Shown piece after piece: positions 1-12,239 of a DNA stretch of 64,000 nucleotides. The stretch comes from Leucoraja erinacea (taxonomy: Eukaryota). Location of the stretch: NCBI RefSeq assembly GCF_028641065.1, contig NC_073410.1, positions 8,184,001 to 8,248,000 of the forward strand, read 5' to 3'. Numbering within the stretch: the first letter of the stretch is position 1; each line of letters begins with the position of its first letter. The position numbers were made by a program, and so were the translations under genes. The notes under the pieces were generated by a model. It did not search any database, was not told the DNA's origin, and was given only the letters and a program-made list of their open reading frames with translations.

Positions 1-739
1 AAATACGATTCTGTTGTAAGTGTGGACTGTGATGATGTTGTAAAGGAAAGGAAGAAAATGGTCAACGTTTAGAGAAACATGCATTTTTCAGTAGGCGAGC
101 ACTCAACGGGTCAAGCGATATCTGCGGAAAGCCACTGGGTTAATACTTCAGGTCGATGATCATTTATCAGATCAACCTGAACTTTCTCTGATCCTCTCTC
201 TCTCCACAGACTTCAGATTGTTGTCAGCACCTTCCCGTTTTAAAATACAAAGTGCTGGAGGAACTCGGCGATATCATAAGAAGACTCTAATAACAATGAT
301 GTTCGCAAAGTACAAGAGTGAAAATGATGCTTTGTCAGCAAAACCCGCAATTCCTTTAATAACTTGTGTTTTGCTTAAGATTCCACCATCTGCAGTTTCT
401 TGTGTTTCCATCTATGGTTTGCATCGGCGATAATATTCGGCTTCTGCATTTATACACTGCTCTTTCATGTAGAAATTCACGGGGGATTAAGAATGTAATA
501 GACCCTGAACCAAAGACTAAAAGATTTGGAGAAATAAACAAAACATATGTGGTCTAAAGGGAAGAGGTACAGAGATGGAGATTTCAAAAATAGAATTCCT
601 ATTGACAATTTGTGCAAGTATAATGCACACCAGCCATGGCTCCGAGATTGGGAGCAACGCTATAAAAATGAACACCAAGGCAAATTTCATTGAAATGTCT
701 GCAAGTTTCACGAGTCCCTTCTTCAAGTGGGAAGACTGA

Positions 740-850
740 TCTGATCTGAAGAAGGGTCTCGACCCAAAATGTCACCCATTCCTTCTATCCAGAGATGTTG
801 CCTGTCCCGCTGAGTTACCCCAGCATTTTGTGTCTCCCTTCTTGTGTTTC
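740..850 (+). mobile_element. PLE-derived terminal-repeat fragment with decayed hammerhead motif
   Basis: CTGAAGAAGGGTCTCGACCCaaaatGTCACCCATTCC...GAGATGTTGCCTGTCCCGCTGAGTTAC, same family as the 11015-11150 copy; GAAAC core mutated. Confidence 0.7.
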
Positions 851-1848
851 TATGATCCTTAAGTCTTATCAGCTGACTATCAGAGTCAAATTTACAACCA
901 GAAATTATAAACAAGCTATAAATTAATTCCAGTACTGATCTGAGATTGGCAGCCAGTATATAAGTGGTCGCTATGGAAGTGCTAGGCATAAGAGCAAATT
1001 TCGTGCAATTCATTATTAGATTGAAAGGATGTAAATTTTCATAAACATTGCACTGATTTAGGTGGATGCCTTTAAATGTCTCTGTGTGTTATTTCAATCC
1101 AAAGTCCGATCATCGGGGCTTCGGGATATGAAAATTCCAAAGTTCACTTTCTTAGTTCCTTTCTTGCTTTGTGTTTATAGAATTGCAGCAAGAGAGCTTA
1201 ACACCTTTTTGTGTCATCCCATCTTCATGCCCTTCTCTCACAGAAAGCCAACAGTGAGTGTGTAGGATTGTCTGCTTCCCTCTAATCCGACTTGTCCTGA
1301 CAAGCAACTCACTAGTGCCTGCATTATGCAGGACCACCCCAGAAAGACAAATGGTTTTGACAAGACAGTGACTTAGCTAATCCCCAGAAAGTAACATAAA
1401 CAGACTAATCCTCCCCCTATCTCTCCATCTACTAATGTACAATCTACCTGTTGTACATCGTCTACTTGTCTTGACATTTTGGTTGAAGAGTTGAAAAAAA
1501 ACACTGAAACATTTGAAAGCTTCACATCTCAAATATAAATCTATACGTGAACAAACTCAGCCCAGCATTAATAACTAACTTGAACTATTGGAATGTTGCA
1601 TTAAGAATCATAGCAGAATACCTAATCACACCATTGAAGGCAAGATGAATCTTCCCACTCTTATGTATGTTGTTCCAACTCATGTCACTTGTCCATCCTC
1701 CACTTCTGTAGCCCTAGATCCTAAGCTATGGAATTCAAAACTCTCTCTCCTCCCTTTAAAAGCGCTGAAAACATACCTCTTTGGCCAAAAAGGCATTTTG
1801 TGCAGAGACTGGTCGTATTTCAGCTAGAAATTTTTACAGCGTTTTTTA

Positions 1849-2054
1849 TGCCCCTGTCCCACTTAGGAAACCTGAACAGAAACTTTGGAGACTTTGCACC
1901 CCACCCAAGGTTTCCGTGCGGTTCCCGGAGGTTGCAGGTGGTTGCCGGAGGTAGGGAGACTGACAAAAACCTCCAGGAACCACACGGGAAACTTTGGGTG
2001 GAGCGCAAAGTCTCCAGATGTTTCCGTTCAGGTTTCCTAAGTGGGACAGGGGCA
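1849..2054. mobile_element. PIF/Harbinger-type MITE
   Basis: Long terminal inverted repeats TGCCCCTGTCCCACTTAGGAAACCTGAAC / GTTCAGGTTTCCTAAGTGGGACAGGGGCA, flanked by TTA on both sides (1846-48, 2055-57); no ORF. Confidence 0.85.
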
Positions 2055-2323
2055 TTAGAAGTATTGCACAACTATAAGTTATCATCTAAGTTATCATCAA
2101 TATAAGACCAACTGACCAAATGGTTAAGCTCTTGTATTTATTAAATGACTCTTGGTTACAACAGAAGGCTTGGAGTGAAACTCCAACCCATGAGAGGGAG
2201 GATGACGCACGCACAACTACAAATAAAGGCTCCTTTGGATGAAACCGTGTAAAGAAATGAAGTACGGAGCCTAACATGGCCTTGCCTGGTCTTTTATTTG
2301 CAACTGAGTTCTGCTTGCTTTAG

Positions 2324-2575
2324 TCTCATAGACAGTGTGTTGGGCCTCGATGTTCCATTAAAAACCTGGCGCGTTCAGAGAGAGGAAGAAAGAGAGGGAA
2401 GAGGAAAAGAAAGGTTGCAAAACAGAGGAACAAAAGTAGAAAACCAAGGAAAAAAATAAAGGGACGAAGGAGAAAACATTTGTTGAAGACCAAGGATAAA
2501 GTAAAGGAGAGAATAAGCCATCTGAAACCCATGAGAACCAATACAGTGCAGGGGGAAAACCGAAAAGCCATTTAG
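2324..2575 (+). CDS. Candidate terminal coding exon of an unidentified upstream gene (CxGxxC plus Lys/Arg-rich tail)
   Basis: Pyrimidine tract and acceptor TTTAG (ends 2323; alternative AG at 2331), open frame SHRQCVGPRCSIKNLARSERGRKRGKRKRK...ENRKAI*, stop 2573-75, AATAAA at 2636-41. Purine bias lowers stop frequency, so uncertain. Confidence 0.35.
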   Translation, partial: SHRQCVGPRCSIKNLARSERGRKRGKRKRKVAKQRNKSRKPRKKIKGRRRKHLLKTKDKVKERISHLKPMRTNTVQGENRKAI

Positions 2576-3189
2576 GATTTAATGGATTTAACCATAGCAA
2601 ATCGTGCTTCTGTATGGGCAAATGGTTGTGGCACCAATAAATAGATATGGAATGAAACATATCCATGCAAATTATTAACAGAACATTGAAGTCAATTGCA
2701 ATTGAATGGACCCCCACAGATATGAACATCCTTATCCCAAATATTGGAAGGGAAAGCTTTTGTCACCTATTTCACCCTTTACATTCCTGCAAACCTGATT
2801 TATCAATCCACCCGGATATGCCAGAATTGTGGTTCAAACCAAGAAAGCCAACATGAGAGAAACTCCAGTGATAACTCTTGATTAACGGTAGGGCAACGAA
2901 GAAAATCGAAATGAAACAACATAAATGTCCAAAACAAAAACTTAATTAGAAATCATGACTCCTACAGCACAGCTGTGATTTCAGAAACAAGTCAAACAAG
3001 GAAGCATATCATCAAGGGGATTAGACTGCCCCTCCAATCATTAGTGACATGTTTTGCAGGTTCATCAGATCCATAGCTGTTTATCAAAATCTCGACATCA
3101 ATGTGTAAGTTGTTCCCACTACCATACAAGAAAAGGAAACAGGGTATCTCAAAGAGCTACAAAGGCAACCTAGTACCTCTCCTTTTGAT

Positions 3190-3520
3190 CTATAGTCATT
3201 GTTTTTCATATAATGAAAGGAAGCCACTTTGTGCACAGCAAGCTCCAACAAAGAGCATCAAAGTAAATGGATAATTTAGAATTGTACAGGCCGTTTGGGA
3301 GCCAAATATTAGTCTGAACATTAGGAAATCACTGTGCTCCTCTTTCATGTTTGACATGGATATTTTACATTTGTCTGGGATGGCGTTAGTTCAACTCAGC
3401 CTTAAAAACAAAATCACCACCAACAGTGCAGTACTCCCAGAATAGAATGGAGTGGCACTGGATTCTTAGTATATGACTGGAACCCGTTGACATTCAAAAA
3501 TGAATAGGATGCCAACCTCT
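3190..3520 (-). mobile_element. Old Deu-domain-like SINE remnant
   Basis: Diverged match to the remembered shark DeuSINE pattern (...CACCACCAACAGTGCAGTACTCCC...GGAGTGGCACTGGA...GACTGGAACCC). Confidence 0.45.
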
Positions 3521-4699
3521 GATGTTAATGCCCTAACACTTCCCAAATGAGGTTGTGGCTGGTGTCAGCTGCATATTTATCAATGTTGATCTGAAATGTT
3601 ATGTTCCATTGAGGTACAAGGTCATAATTTCTCAGTAAAGTGTTCTAAACGGGAGCTATAAAAGCGCACAGAGACGACTTGAAACTGAATGAGTTAATGT
3701 TGGTTAGCGAGACATGACCGAGTACAATTTCAAGTATTTTAAGGGAATGCATTGGTATGAGTGTGTCTTAATGAATCTATAGTATATGCTTTTTGTCTTC
3801 CAAATTGGATCTGACATTTATTGCACATTGAACTTCTGGGCAATTCAATTAGGGGTGGGGGGGGAAGATTTGTTCAAAATAAATCATTTAAAAAGTAATT
3901 AACTAATGCATATACTCCATTTAATTAGTACTCAATTGGCGTACCATCCTGTGAAAAGATGTATTGATCTTTAATTCAAGAGATTAAGTCCAAAGCTTAC
4001 TTTTGTCGCACCAATTTATACCAGGTTGTACTTCCAATTGTGTGTTGGTTGTGAGTTGCAACTACTGCTGGACATAAGGTGTATTAAGAAGATTAGCAAC
4101 CAGCACATAATGAAAAATAAGCACATTCTGGTGTAATCTAATGGACCTCAAGTGTACTGGGGTAACACTCAATCATCTGTCTTCCCACTAATCCTACTCC
4201 TCACCATTTTACCTCGCCTTTTGTGTATTGGATTGTCGAAATGCTCACAATTTGTTCGGTGATACAAATAAACCGGGAGGAACTTGGAACGGCTGTCAAG
4301 TTAATTCAGGCCATCTGCACCCCAGTGACACAAAGGGCACTTTGCTCATCAATCAGGAATGGAAAGAAAGTAAAGGAGACCAAAAAAAAGAGAGAAAAAT
4401 GAACAAAACAATTTAGGAACAGAAACATTTGAGGGACCGTGCAACAGGCAAAAAAATGTGGCGATTAGGAGATAAAAAGTGAACGATAAAAAGGCAGACT
4501 GCCTTGAAAGATTCAAAGCAAAGCAGAGACATACAATACATCATGAGTAATAATCAGGACAAATTGCGGTCTGGACCACTGAATAAACATTATTATACAA
4601 CTTCTATCACTCTTTTTGGGGCCATGTTACATGGTTCTCTTTATTTCTAATTATTTTCTTCAGCTGTCCGATGTGGTTGAGGATGACTTGCCTCTATTA

Positions 4700-4920
4700 C
4701 AGCTCAGGAGCGTGTGAGCTAGTTGATGAGTTTGATGCAAGAAATGCAGGTCTTGTCACAGCTGGGGCAGATGGAACAGCTGGAGCTTGCCGGATTAGGA
4801 GGATGGGCTACTCAGGATGTTGTGCTTTTTGTCCGACTTTTCTTGCACTTGGTCTCTGCATCCTCCCATCAAAGATGCTCAAGTGGCTCAGTATCTCCCT
4901 GGTCCATCTGCATGGTCTCC
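4700..4920 (-). mobile_element. Degenerate RTE-type LINE C-terminal zinc-finger remnant
   Basis: Minus strand reads EDAETKCKKSRTK...ICPSCDKTCISCIKLIN* with in-frame stops; nearby plus-strand FDLTKALHSVN (~5403-5435) resembles an RTE RT motif. Confidence 0.5.
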
Positions 4921-5827
4921 CCCTTATCCCCCCACACACAAGACACACCGAGAGACATTAAAACGCACATTTGGACATACTGGAAAAAACAAAAAAATTA
5001 GACATGATTAACATGCTGCTGGCAGGGCAGCGGTTTTACAGTGCCCCTACCGACTAGATGAGAGCATCTTTGTTGGCCTGAGAGAGGTTACTGACTTGGT
5101 TTGCCTATCCTGGCATTGGAGGTAAAGGGAATTTGTTGAGCCAACGAATGATACTTCGTTGAGCCAATGATACTTTTCCAGAGCTTTGAAGTGCCTATTC
5201 TATATTATCCATGCCTGCAATGTATATTGGAAGGCTGCTTGGTAGACTGTGGCCTTGGTGCTTAGCGATGGATCTCCTTGCTCTCTCCCACAGGTAAAGT
5301 CATCATAAGGAGCACCTCCAACCATTTCTAAAGGAGCTCCACAATGGACATGCTCTTCACATGTGACTAACTCAAGAAAAATGTAAAGAGCCTGGAGTTT
5401 TTTTGACCTCACAAAAGCTCTTCACTCGGTCAACAAACTAGGTTAGCAATTCTTCTCAGCTTGTCTGTCTTCAGAAATGGTTGAAGTGTGTGAATAGATT
5501 GTTCCTGTTTTATTCCGTAAATTATGTGATTTTGGGCATCCTCATTCTTAATGCATCTTAACCATGAAGGATACAGTAGCAACTTGAATGTACAACCCCA
5601 AGCAATACATTCCCCCTATCTTTGGAATACAAAGGCCCATGTCCCATCTGAAAATGCACTGCAGCAACTCACTTCCTCCACAGCCACGTTGAAACCCACA
5701 ATTACCAGAAGGAAAAGAATAGTAGAATCCACCAACTGCATGTTCTGCACTAAAAGGTTGGGAAATATATTGACACACCTACATCAAACTTTGGTCTACC
5801 TTTACCACACAGACTGTTCCATATGAC

Positions 5828-5990
5828 TCACCATCTGCAAACTTGCTAATCATGCTTTTTACATTCTCATCCAAATCGTTGATATAAATTACAAACAGCA
5901 AAGGACTCGGCACTGATTCCTGAGGCACACCACTAGTCCCAGGACTCCAGTCCGAAAAACAACCTTCCACCATCACCCGTTGAAGCCAAT
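5828..5990 (-). mobile_element. CR1-clade LINE reverse transcriptase fragment
   Basis: TSGVPQESVPSPLLFVIYINDLDENVKSMISKFAD, the GVPQG...FADD RT motifs. Confidence 0.9.
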
Positions 5991-6176
5991 TTCTCGTTGG
6001 TGTAAACCAGCATCTGCAGTTCCTCCCTATACTAGAGAAGCCCTGTTAACTTTCATTGTAACTTCCATGATGCCAATTTCCTCTCCAGTCGGCTAGCTCT
6101 CCCTGGATCCCATGAAATCTATACCACTAGACCATTGCATTGGAAAAATGTTATACCAATGAATAACAATAAGAGT

Positions 6177-6276
6177 TTAAGAAGGAACTGCAGACGCTGG
6201 AAAATCGAAGGTACACAAAAATGCTGGAGAAACTCAGCGGGTGCCAGGGCACCTGCTGAGTTTCTTCAGCATTTTT
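6177..6276. mobile_element. Short PLE-derived palindromic insert
   Basis: AAGAAGGAACTGCAG...CTGGAGAAACTCAGCGG / CTGCTGAGTTTCTTCAGCATTTTT; flanked by GAATA(A/C)CAATAAGAGT at 6161-76 and 6277-92. Confidence 0.75.
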
Positions 6277-6334
6277 GAATACCAATAAGAGTCTTGCAGG
6301 TGCGCTTAAAGTTGCCCTGCTCTGAAATAAAATA

Positions 6335-6620
6335 GGTAGAGCTGCTGCCTCATACCACCGAATTTATTCTTCATCTCTGATGTTCTCTGTATGGAGTTTG
6401 CACATTCTTCCTGTGACCACTTGGGATTCCTCAGGATGCTTCAGTTCCTCCCACTTCCCAAAAGACATGTGGGTGACAGGTTAATTGCCACTGCAAATTC
6501 CCCATGGGCGAGAGGTAGAATCTTCAGAAAGTTGATCGGAATGTAAAGAGAATATATTACAGAGAAACATAATGGAAAATGAGATTGCTTTGCGAGTCAG
6601 GATTGACTCAAAGAGTCAAA
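6335..6620 (+). mobile_element. HE1-like V-SINE, diverged
   Basis: GTAGAGCTGCTGCCTCA head; V-domain-like TGTATGGAGTTTGCACATTCTTCCTGTGACC...TTCCTCCCAC. Confidence 0.7.
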
Positions 6621-6854
6621 TCATCTATGTGGTAAGGAAATATGAAATAAGCATGTTGGTAATAGTAAAGTCTTTGTACAAGCATTTATATAAATTATCT
6701 TGTCAGTATAGTTTGGGTCATTGACGTCAAAGTACTCAGAAAACTGAATAGTGTAGGACTCCACATTAATATTACCTCACATTTTAATTTGGATTCTTCT
6801 GAATTATTCCTGTCCTCGTGATATAATAAATTAGCACAATAAATTATTTATTTG

Positions 6855-6990
6855 GGTCAGAACTCTTCTTCAGACTATTTCCGATGCAAAACAGATCCTT
6901 TTCTCCAGAGATGCTGCCTGACCTGCTGAGTTACTCCAGCATTTTGTGTGTCCCTCGTTGGTGTAAACCAGCATCTGCAGTCCCTCCCTA
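6855..6990 (+). mobile_element. PLE-derived terminal-repeat fragment
   Basis: TTCTCCAGAGATGCTGCCTGACCTGCTGAGTTACTCCAGCATTTTGTGT...AAACCAGCATCTGCAG family consensus. Confidence 0.75.
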
Positions 6991-7447
6991 GAGATACTAG
7001 AGAAGCCCTGATAACTTTCATTGTAAGTTTGCACTTAATCCTCAAGTTAATCAGGAGAACCATGTGCATATGTGTGGTGCCTGCCAAACAGGGCAGCAAC
7101 TAATTTGAACAAGGTAGTTTTAACTCGGACCGAGCAAGCAGAATCAGTGGCGGACTGGCCAGGGTGTCAGCTTGCCCGATGGCAAGTGGGCCCCTGATGA
7201 AGTGATAGCAAGTGATGGCAAGTGGGCCCCTGTTAAATGATAGCATTGTAGTTGTGGTTGGGCCCCCTTCGTCTCCTGGTAACCAATATTTTTAGACCCA
7301 GTCCGCCACTGAGCAGAATCAACACATTGGTGAAACAACAAGGCTTGGCTCATAAGTGCAGCAGCATAATTCAAACTGGCATTCAACCCACTGAAGAATT
7401 ATCGACTTCCAGTCTAATTGATCATACGTGTGTTTTTGTGTGCACTT

Positions 7448-7824
7448 ACATAGAAACATAGAAATTAGGTGCAGGAGTAGGCCATTCGGCCCTTCGAGCC
7501 TGCACCGCCATTCAATATGATCATGGCTGATCATCCAACTCAGTATCCCGTACCTGCCTTCTCTCCATACCCCCTGATCCCCTTAGCCACAAGGGCCACA
7601 TCTAACTCCCTCTTAAATATCGCCAATGAACTGGCCTCAACTACCCATTGTGGCAGAGAGTTCCAGAGATTCACCACTCTCTGTGTGAAAAAAGTTCTTC
7701 TCATCTCGGTTTTAAAGGATTTCCCCCTTATCCTTAAGCTGTGGCCCCTTGTCCTGGACTTCCCTAACATCGGGAACAATCTTCCTGCATCTAGCCTGTC
7801 CAACCCCTTAAGAATTTTGTAAGT
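7448..7824 (-). mobile_element. Young CR1-clade LINE 3' end
   Basis: ORF2 C-terminus DRLDAGRLFPMLGKSRTRGHSLRIRG...FFTQRVVNLWNSLP...GIRGYGEKAG, then 3' UTR and CATAGAAA tandem tail. Confidence 0.92.
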
Positions 7825-8049
7825 TACAAAATCTGAGAAAATAAACCAGGCACAGAGCTCTCTGCATTACCTGTGCATAACCGTGTTACTCTGAAATAAC
7901 TGCTCTATAAACTAGGAAACCGCAATGGTATAGAATTACACCTACCACAACAACTAAAGACTAATTAAATAAAATCCAGAGTTAAAATGTTCTTCAATGA
8001 AGATGATCTGAACCCATGACTGAGTCTAACAAGACCGTTGACTCTTAAG

Positions 8050-8775
8050 CAAAAAACAAACTGCAGAGGAACTCAGCGGCTCAGGCAGCATCTGTAGAGG
8101 GAAAAGGACAGATGACACTTTGGCCGAGGTGCTTCTTCAGATTGAGGTCGAGGAGAGCATTAGTTGAGGGGAACTGTTTGGGTATTGGGTCTGGGAGTAA
8201 ACAGAGGCCTCCGAGACCTTCCCAAGGTGGAATGGAAGTGTAAAGGTTTTCATGGTAAAGATGGGTAATGGAGTCCAAAGAATTAGAAGTTCTTGAAGTG
8301 GTAGAACGTGTGTGGGGTGGTCTGTATGTAGGTGGGAAGAGAGGAGACGAGATACAGTCACAGCATGAGGAGATGAGTTCAGTGGGGCAAGGGCAGACTG
8401 GGACCATGGGCTTGGCAGGGCAGTCCCGTTTGTGGATGTTGGGTAGGTGATGGGAATGGGCAGTGCATGGTTGGGGAACGGCAGGTTGGAGACTGTGGAG
8501 AGGAGATTGACGGAAGTGATGAAATCGGTCACGATTTGGGAGATAGTGGCCTGGTGTTGGTTGGTCAAATCATGGTCAGCGGATAGGTATGAGGAGATGT
8601 ACGAGAGCTAATGCCTAGCCTCAGCAAGATTAGACCACCAGACTACAGTGGCATCGCCTTCGCCAGCAGGTTCGATATGGGGTCGGTTCCATTTCCCTGC
8701 ACAGATGCTGCCTGTCCCTCTGATTTCCTCCAGCAGTTTGTTCATCATTCCAGCATCTGCAGTCTCATGTGCCTC
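8050..8775 (-). mobile_element. Penelope-like element remnant (RT N-terminal region) between inverted terminal-repeat pieces
   Basis: Frameshifted PLE RT motifs CPTELISS...LYTSIP...QFPSTNALL; family terminal repeats at 8050-8140 and 8690-8775. Confidence 0.8.
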
Positions 8776-9104
8776 TAGTTGACTCTCAGTTGCCAGCTGA
8801 AGTGGCCAGCACATCACCAAATACAGCCGGAATTAGGAACTGGCAACAAATCTGGTCCAGCCAGTAAAACATACATCCTGTGAATTTGTGCAAACAAGAT
8901 AATCCGTACTTAGTGATGTCAGTTAGATAATAAATATTGGCAATGACTTTGAGCAAAATGGAGTCGGCAGGAGGAAGAACTGTTAATTACCAGCTTGTGA
9001 TCAGTTGTGAAACTGACGCATAAATCTCAGAATTTACAATGAGCAACCATCTGAAGGACCTTGAAAATACCAGATTATTGTAAACTAACACATTAATTCC
9101 TAAT

Positions 9105-9335
9105 GTGAAGGAAGGAACTTCAGATGCTGGTTTACATATAGGCACAAAATGCTGGAGTAACTCAGCGGGATCAGCAGCATCTCTGGAGAGAAGGAATGGC
9201 CGTTGTTTTGGGTTGGGACTCTTCCTCGGACTGAAGCCAGTCTGAAGAAGGGTCTCAACCTGAAATGTCACCCATTCCTTCTCTCCAGAGATGCTGCCTG
9301 ACCCTCCGAGTTTCTCCAGCAGTTTGTGTCTATCT
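9105..9335. mobile_element. PLE-derived palindromic insert with two head-to-head decayed hammerhead motifs
   Basis: Arms AATGCTGGAGTAACTCAGCGG...GAGAGAAGGAATGG / CCATTCCTTCTCTCCAGAGATGCTGCC; axis near GACTGAAGCCAGTC (~9229-9242). Confidence 0.8.
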
Positions 9336-10446
9336 TTGCACTAATATCTATTCCTGCCCACTTTTCAATCCAGTTAGGACTTTATGATCTAATTGATCAG
9401 CAATCCAATGTCTTCAGTGTAATTGCATATAAAATATTAGTTCTTGGTTCTCCAAAATAAGTAAATGGAATTTAAACTGGAGGTGGTGAAGGGAGGGCTT
9501 AAGGCTGAAAGGGTTATTGGGTAGAAAGAGCAACTTTAAATTTAGTTGCATCTGGTTGGGTAACTATAGTTGGGTGGAAATTATTCCATGCTTTAATTGT
9601 GCGGGGGAAGAACGAATTGCTGTACACATCTGTCTTTGTAGCTGGGATCACAAATTGGATCGAATGCCCTCGTCTGCTCCTAATTGGTTTGGGTTTGGTG
9701 TAGGTCTTGTAGTCTATGTCGAGCTGACCATTTAATATTTTGTAATGTTAAAACAATGTTAGAACAAGTTCCTCCATTTATCAAATCCATTTGACAACGA
9801 GCGCTTTGTTAACAAGTGAATCAAATAATTTCTTGATCTGGATTCTCTTGTCACTTCTACTGTAAAGTCTGCATGTTGCTAATAATTATAAATGCTCCAT
9901 TTGTATTATTTTCCAGCCCATGTCACTAGTGGCTGGGTGGAATCTATCTTCCTGGTCGGCAAAGTGGAAAGTGTGACATGATGTATTTGAGACAAGTTAT
10001 TTTAAGATGTATTGGGTGACCTGTCTGACACTTCACTTCTTAAATTGCCTTCAATTTGTCCTTCTCTATGATACTTTATTTAATCCTAAATAAGTAGTTG
10101 ACACATATCATTTTACAATCTGCCGTAACATACAAATAAGGATTGGCATCTTATGCATGATTAATTACATATAAATATACTTTAAGACGTTTAATTCTGA
10201 ATTGTATCCGTTGCAATGTTCTTCATTAATCTAATTCGTTCTTCCTCTTTATTTATGTTCAGAGCCGATAACAATATTTCTCCTGCAGGTTATGAACAAC
10301 CTTCGGCAATAAAATCTCTATGAGGATATCACAACAAAGGATTTTTTAAATTTTACCAATACATTTGGACAATAAACAATTCTGCACCAATTTAGCCGTG
10401 ACACAGCTAAACCTTGACTGGTTGGCATGTCATGAGGTCATAGGTG

Positions 10447-10632
10447 TTCAAGAAGGAACTGCAGATGCTGGAAAATCGAAGGTAGACAAAAATGCTGGGG
10501 AAACTCAGCGGGCGAGGCAGCATCTATGGAGCAAAGGAAATAGGCAATGTTTCGTCCCGAAACGTTGCCTATTTCCTTCGCTCCATAGATGCTGCCTCAC
10601 CCGCTGAGTTTCTCCAGCGTTTTTGTCTACCT
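10447..10632. mobile_element. PLE-derived palindromic insert
   Basis: ~75-bp inverted arms centred on ATGTTTCGTCCCGAAACGTT; flanked by GAGGTCATA(G/A)GTG at 10434-46 and 10635-47. Confidence 0.85.
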
Positions 10633-11014
10633 ACGAGGTCATAAGTGATAGGAACAGAATTAGGCCATTTCGCCCATCAAGTCTACTCCACCATTCAATC
10701 AATCTCACCCTCCCAATCCCATTCTCCTGACTCTCCCACTCGTTGAAACATCCTCTCCACATCCACGCTATCCAAGCCCATTCTATTTAAAATGTCCCAT
10801 TCAGTTTAAAAAGTCACTTTAATTGTGGAGCTTTGAGCCAAGTGTGATGGAGGTAATGTGTGGCAGAATGGATACAAATACACATCTTAATGCTGACATT
10901 AAATGAAATTATTTTGAAAACAGTAGAACACAAATCCACTTTACTAATTCTCAATATACTTGGAGAAGGTAGTTATGAAGATTATGTTGCAAACCAAATA
11001 TTATCTTCTGATAT

Positions 11015-11586
11015 GTGAAGGAAAGAACTGCAGATGCCGGTCTAAATCAAAAACAGACACAAAATGCTGGTGTAACTCAGCGAGACAGGCAGCATCTCTG
11101 GAGAGAAGGAATGAGTGACGTTTCGGGTCGAGACCCTTCTTCAGACTCATGTCAGGGGAGTGGGAGGTACAGAGTTAAAATGTGGTCAGAGACAGTAAGA
11201 CTGGAGGGAGAACTGGTAAGGCAGAGGGGATGGAGAGAGAGAGGGAAACCTAAGGATTACGTGAAGTTAGAGAAGTCAATGTTCATACTGCTGGGGGCTG
11301 AGCTACCCAAGCTAAATACGAGGTGCTGTTCCTCCAATTAGCGCTGGGCATCACACTGACAATGGGGGAGGCCCAGGACAGAAAGGTTAGTGTGGGAATG
11401 GGAGGGGGAGTTAAAGTGTTGAGATCAGGTACATTTAGGTGGACTTAGCAGAGGTGTTCAGCGAAACGATCGCCGCGTCTGTGCTTGGTCTCGCTGATAT
11501 ACAGGAGACCACACCAAGAACAGCGGATATAGTAGATGAGGTTGGAGAAGGTGCAAGTGAACCTTTGCCTCATGTGAAAAGACTGT
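11015..11586 (-). mobile_element. Penelope-like element 3' end: GIY-YIG endonuclease remnant plus terminal repeat
   Basis: Minus 11586-11257 translates (with stops/frameshift) RQRFTCTFSNLIYYIRCSWCGLLYISETKHRRGDRFAEH...HFNSPSHSH...LEEQHLVFSLGS...MNIDFSNF*. Confidence 0.9.
11111..11150 (-). ncRNA. Minimal type I hammerhead ribozyme motif (PLE-associated)
   Basis: Minus strand AUGAGU-CUGAAGA-A-GGGU(CUCG)ACCC-GAA-ACGUC-ACUCAU: 6-bp stem I, core CUGANGA/GAA, stem II hairpin, palindromic ACGU stem III, GUC site. Confidence 0.8.
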
Positions 11587-12239
11587 CGGTACAGTCTGAT
11601 AAGCTGCTGGTTGGTGGTCAAGTGTTAAAGACCAACTTATTTCTGAAACTACTGGAGTTGTCTCAAGTGGGTATACAATATATTTCTTATCAAGTGTGTA
11701 AACAAACTTCTCAATAGCATGTCCCTACATGAGGGACACGGTTATTGTGTGGGTGAGAACACCAATAGGCCATGATTGGTGGAACAATTATAATCTTAGA
11801 ACTTAGAATATGCAAAGCTTTGTACATTAAATATGATAAATTGAGAAAGATTTAAATTCTTCAATGATTCATCACATATAAATCTTCTGTATTTGGTTGC
11901 CATGACAGTGTTTGCATATTTCTAACCGTTGGGGATAACTAATTGGAATAATAATATACTTGCTTATTTTCTGTCTGAGGTCACAGAAGTTTACCTGAAA
12001 GTAATATATCCAACCTTCCACTGGCTAAATGATCTGATAAGGCAATTGCAGTTTCATTAGCCATTGAAGTACTGAATGGATACAACAAAGACATAGGTGG
12101 CTGTGGATGACGAGGTAGCATCTATGCAAACTCTAGAACAGCCATTGGTTCTAATCCCACTCCTGTAACCGTTGCCGTGTCGGAATGTCCCAAGGCACCT
12201 CACTAGAATGTTTGCCCAACACACCCTGACTGAGAATCA

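Noticed and set aside
473-568. Possible exon with AG/GT boundaries
   Set aside because: Stops in all three frames; no recognisable protein.
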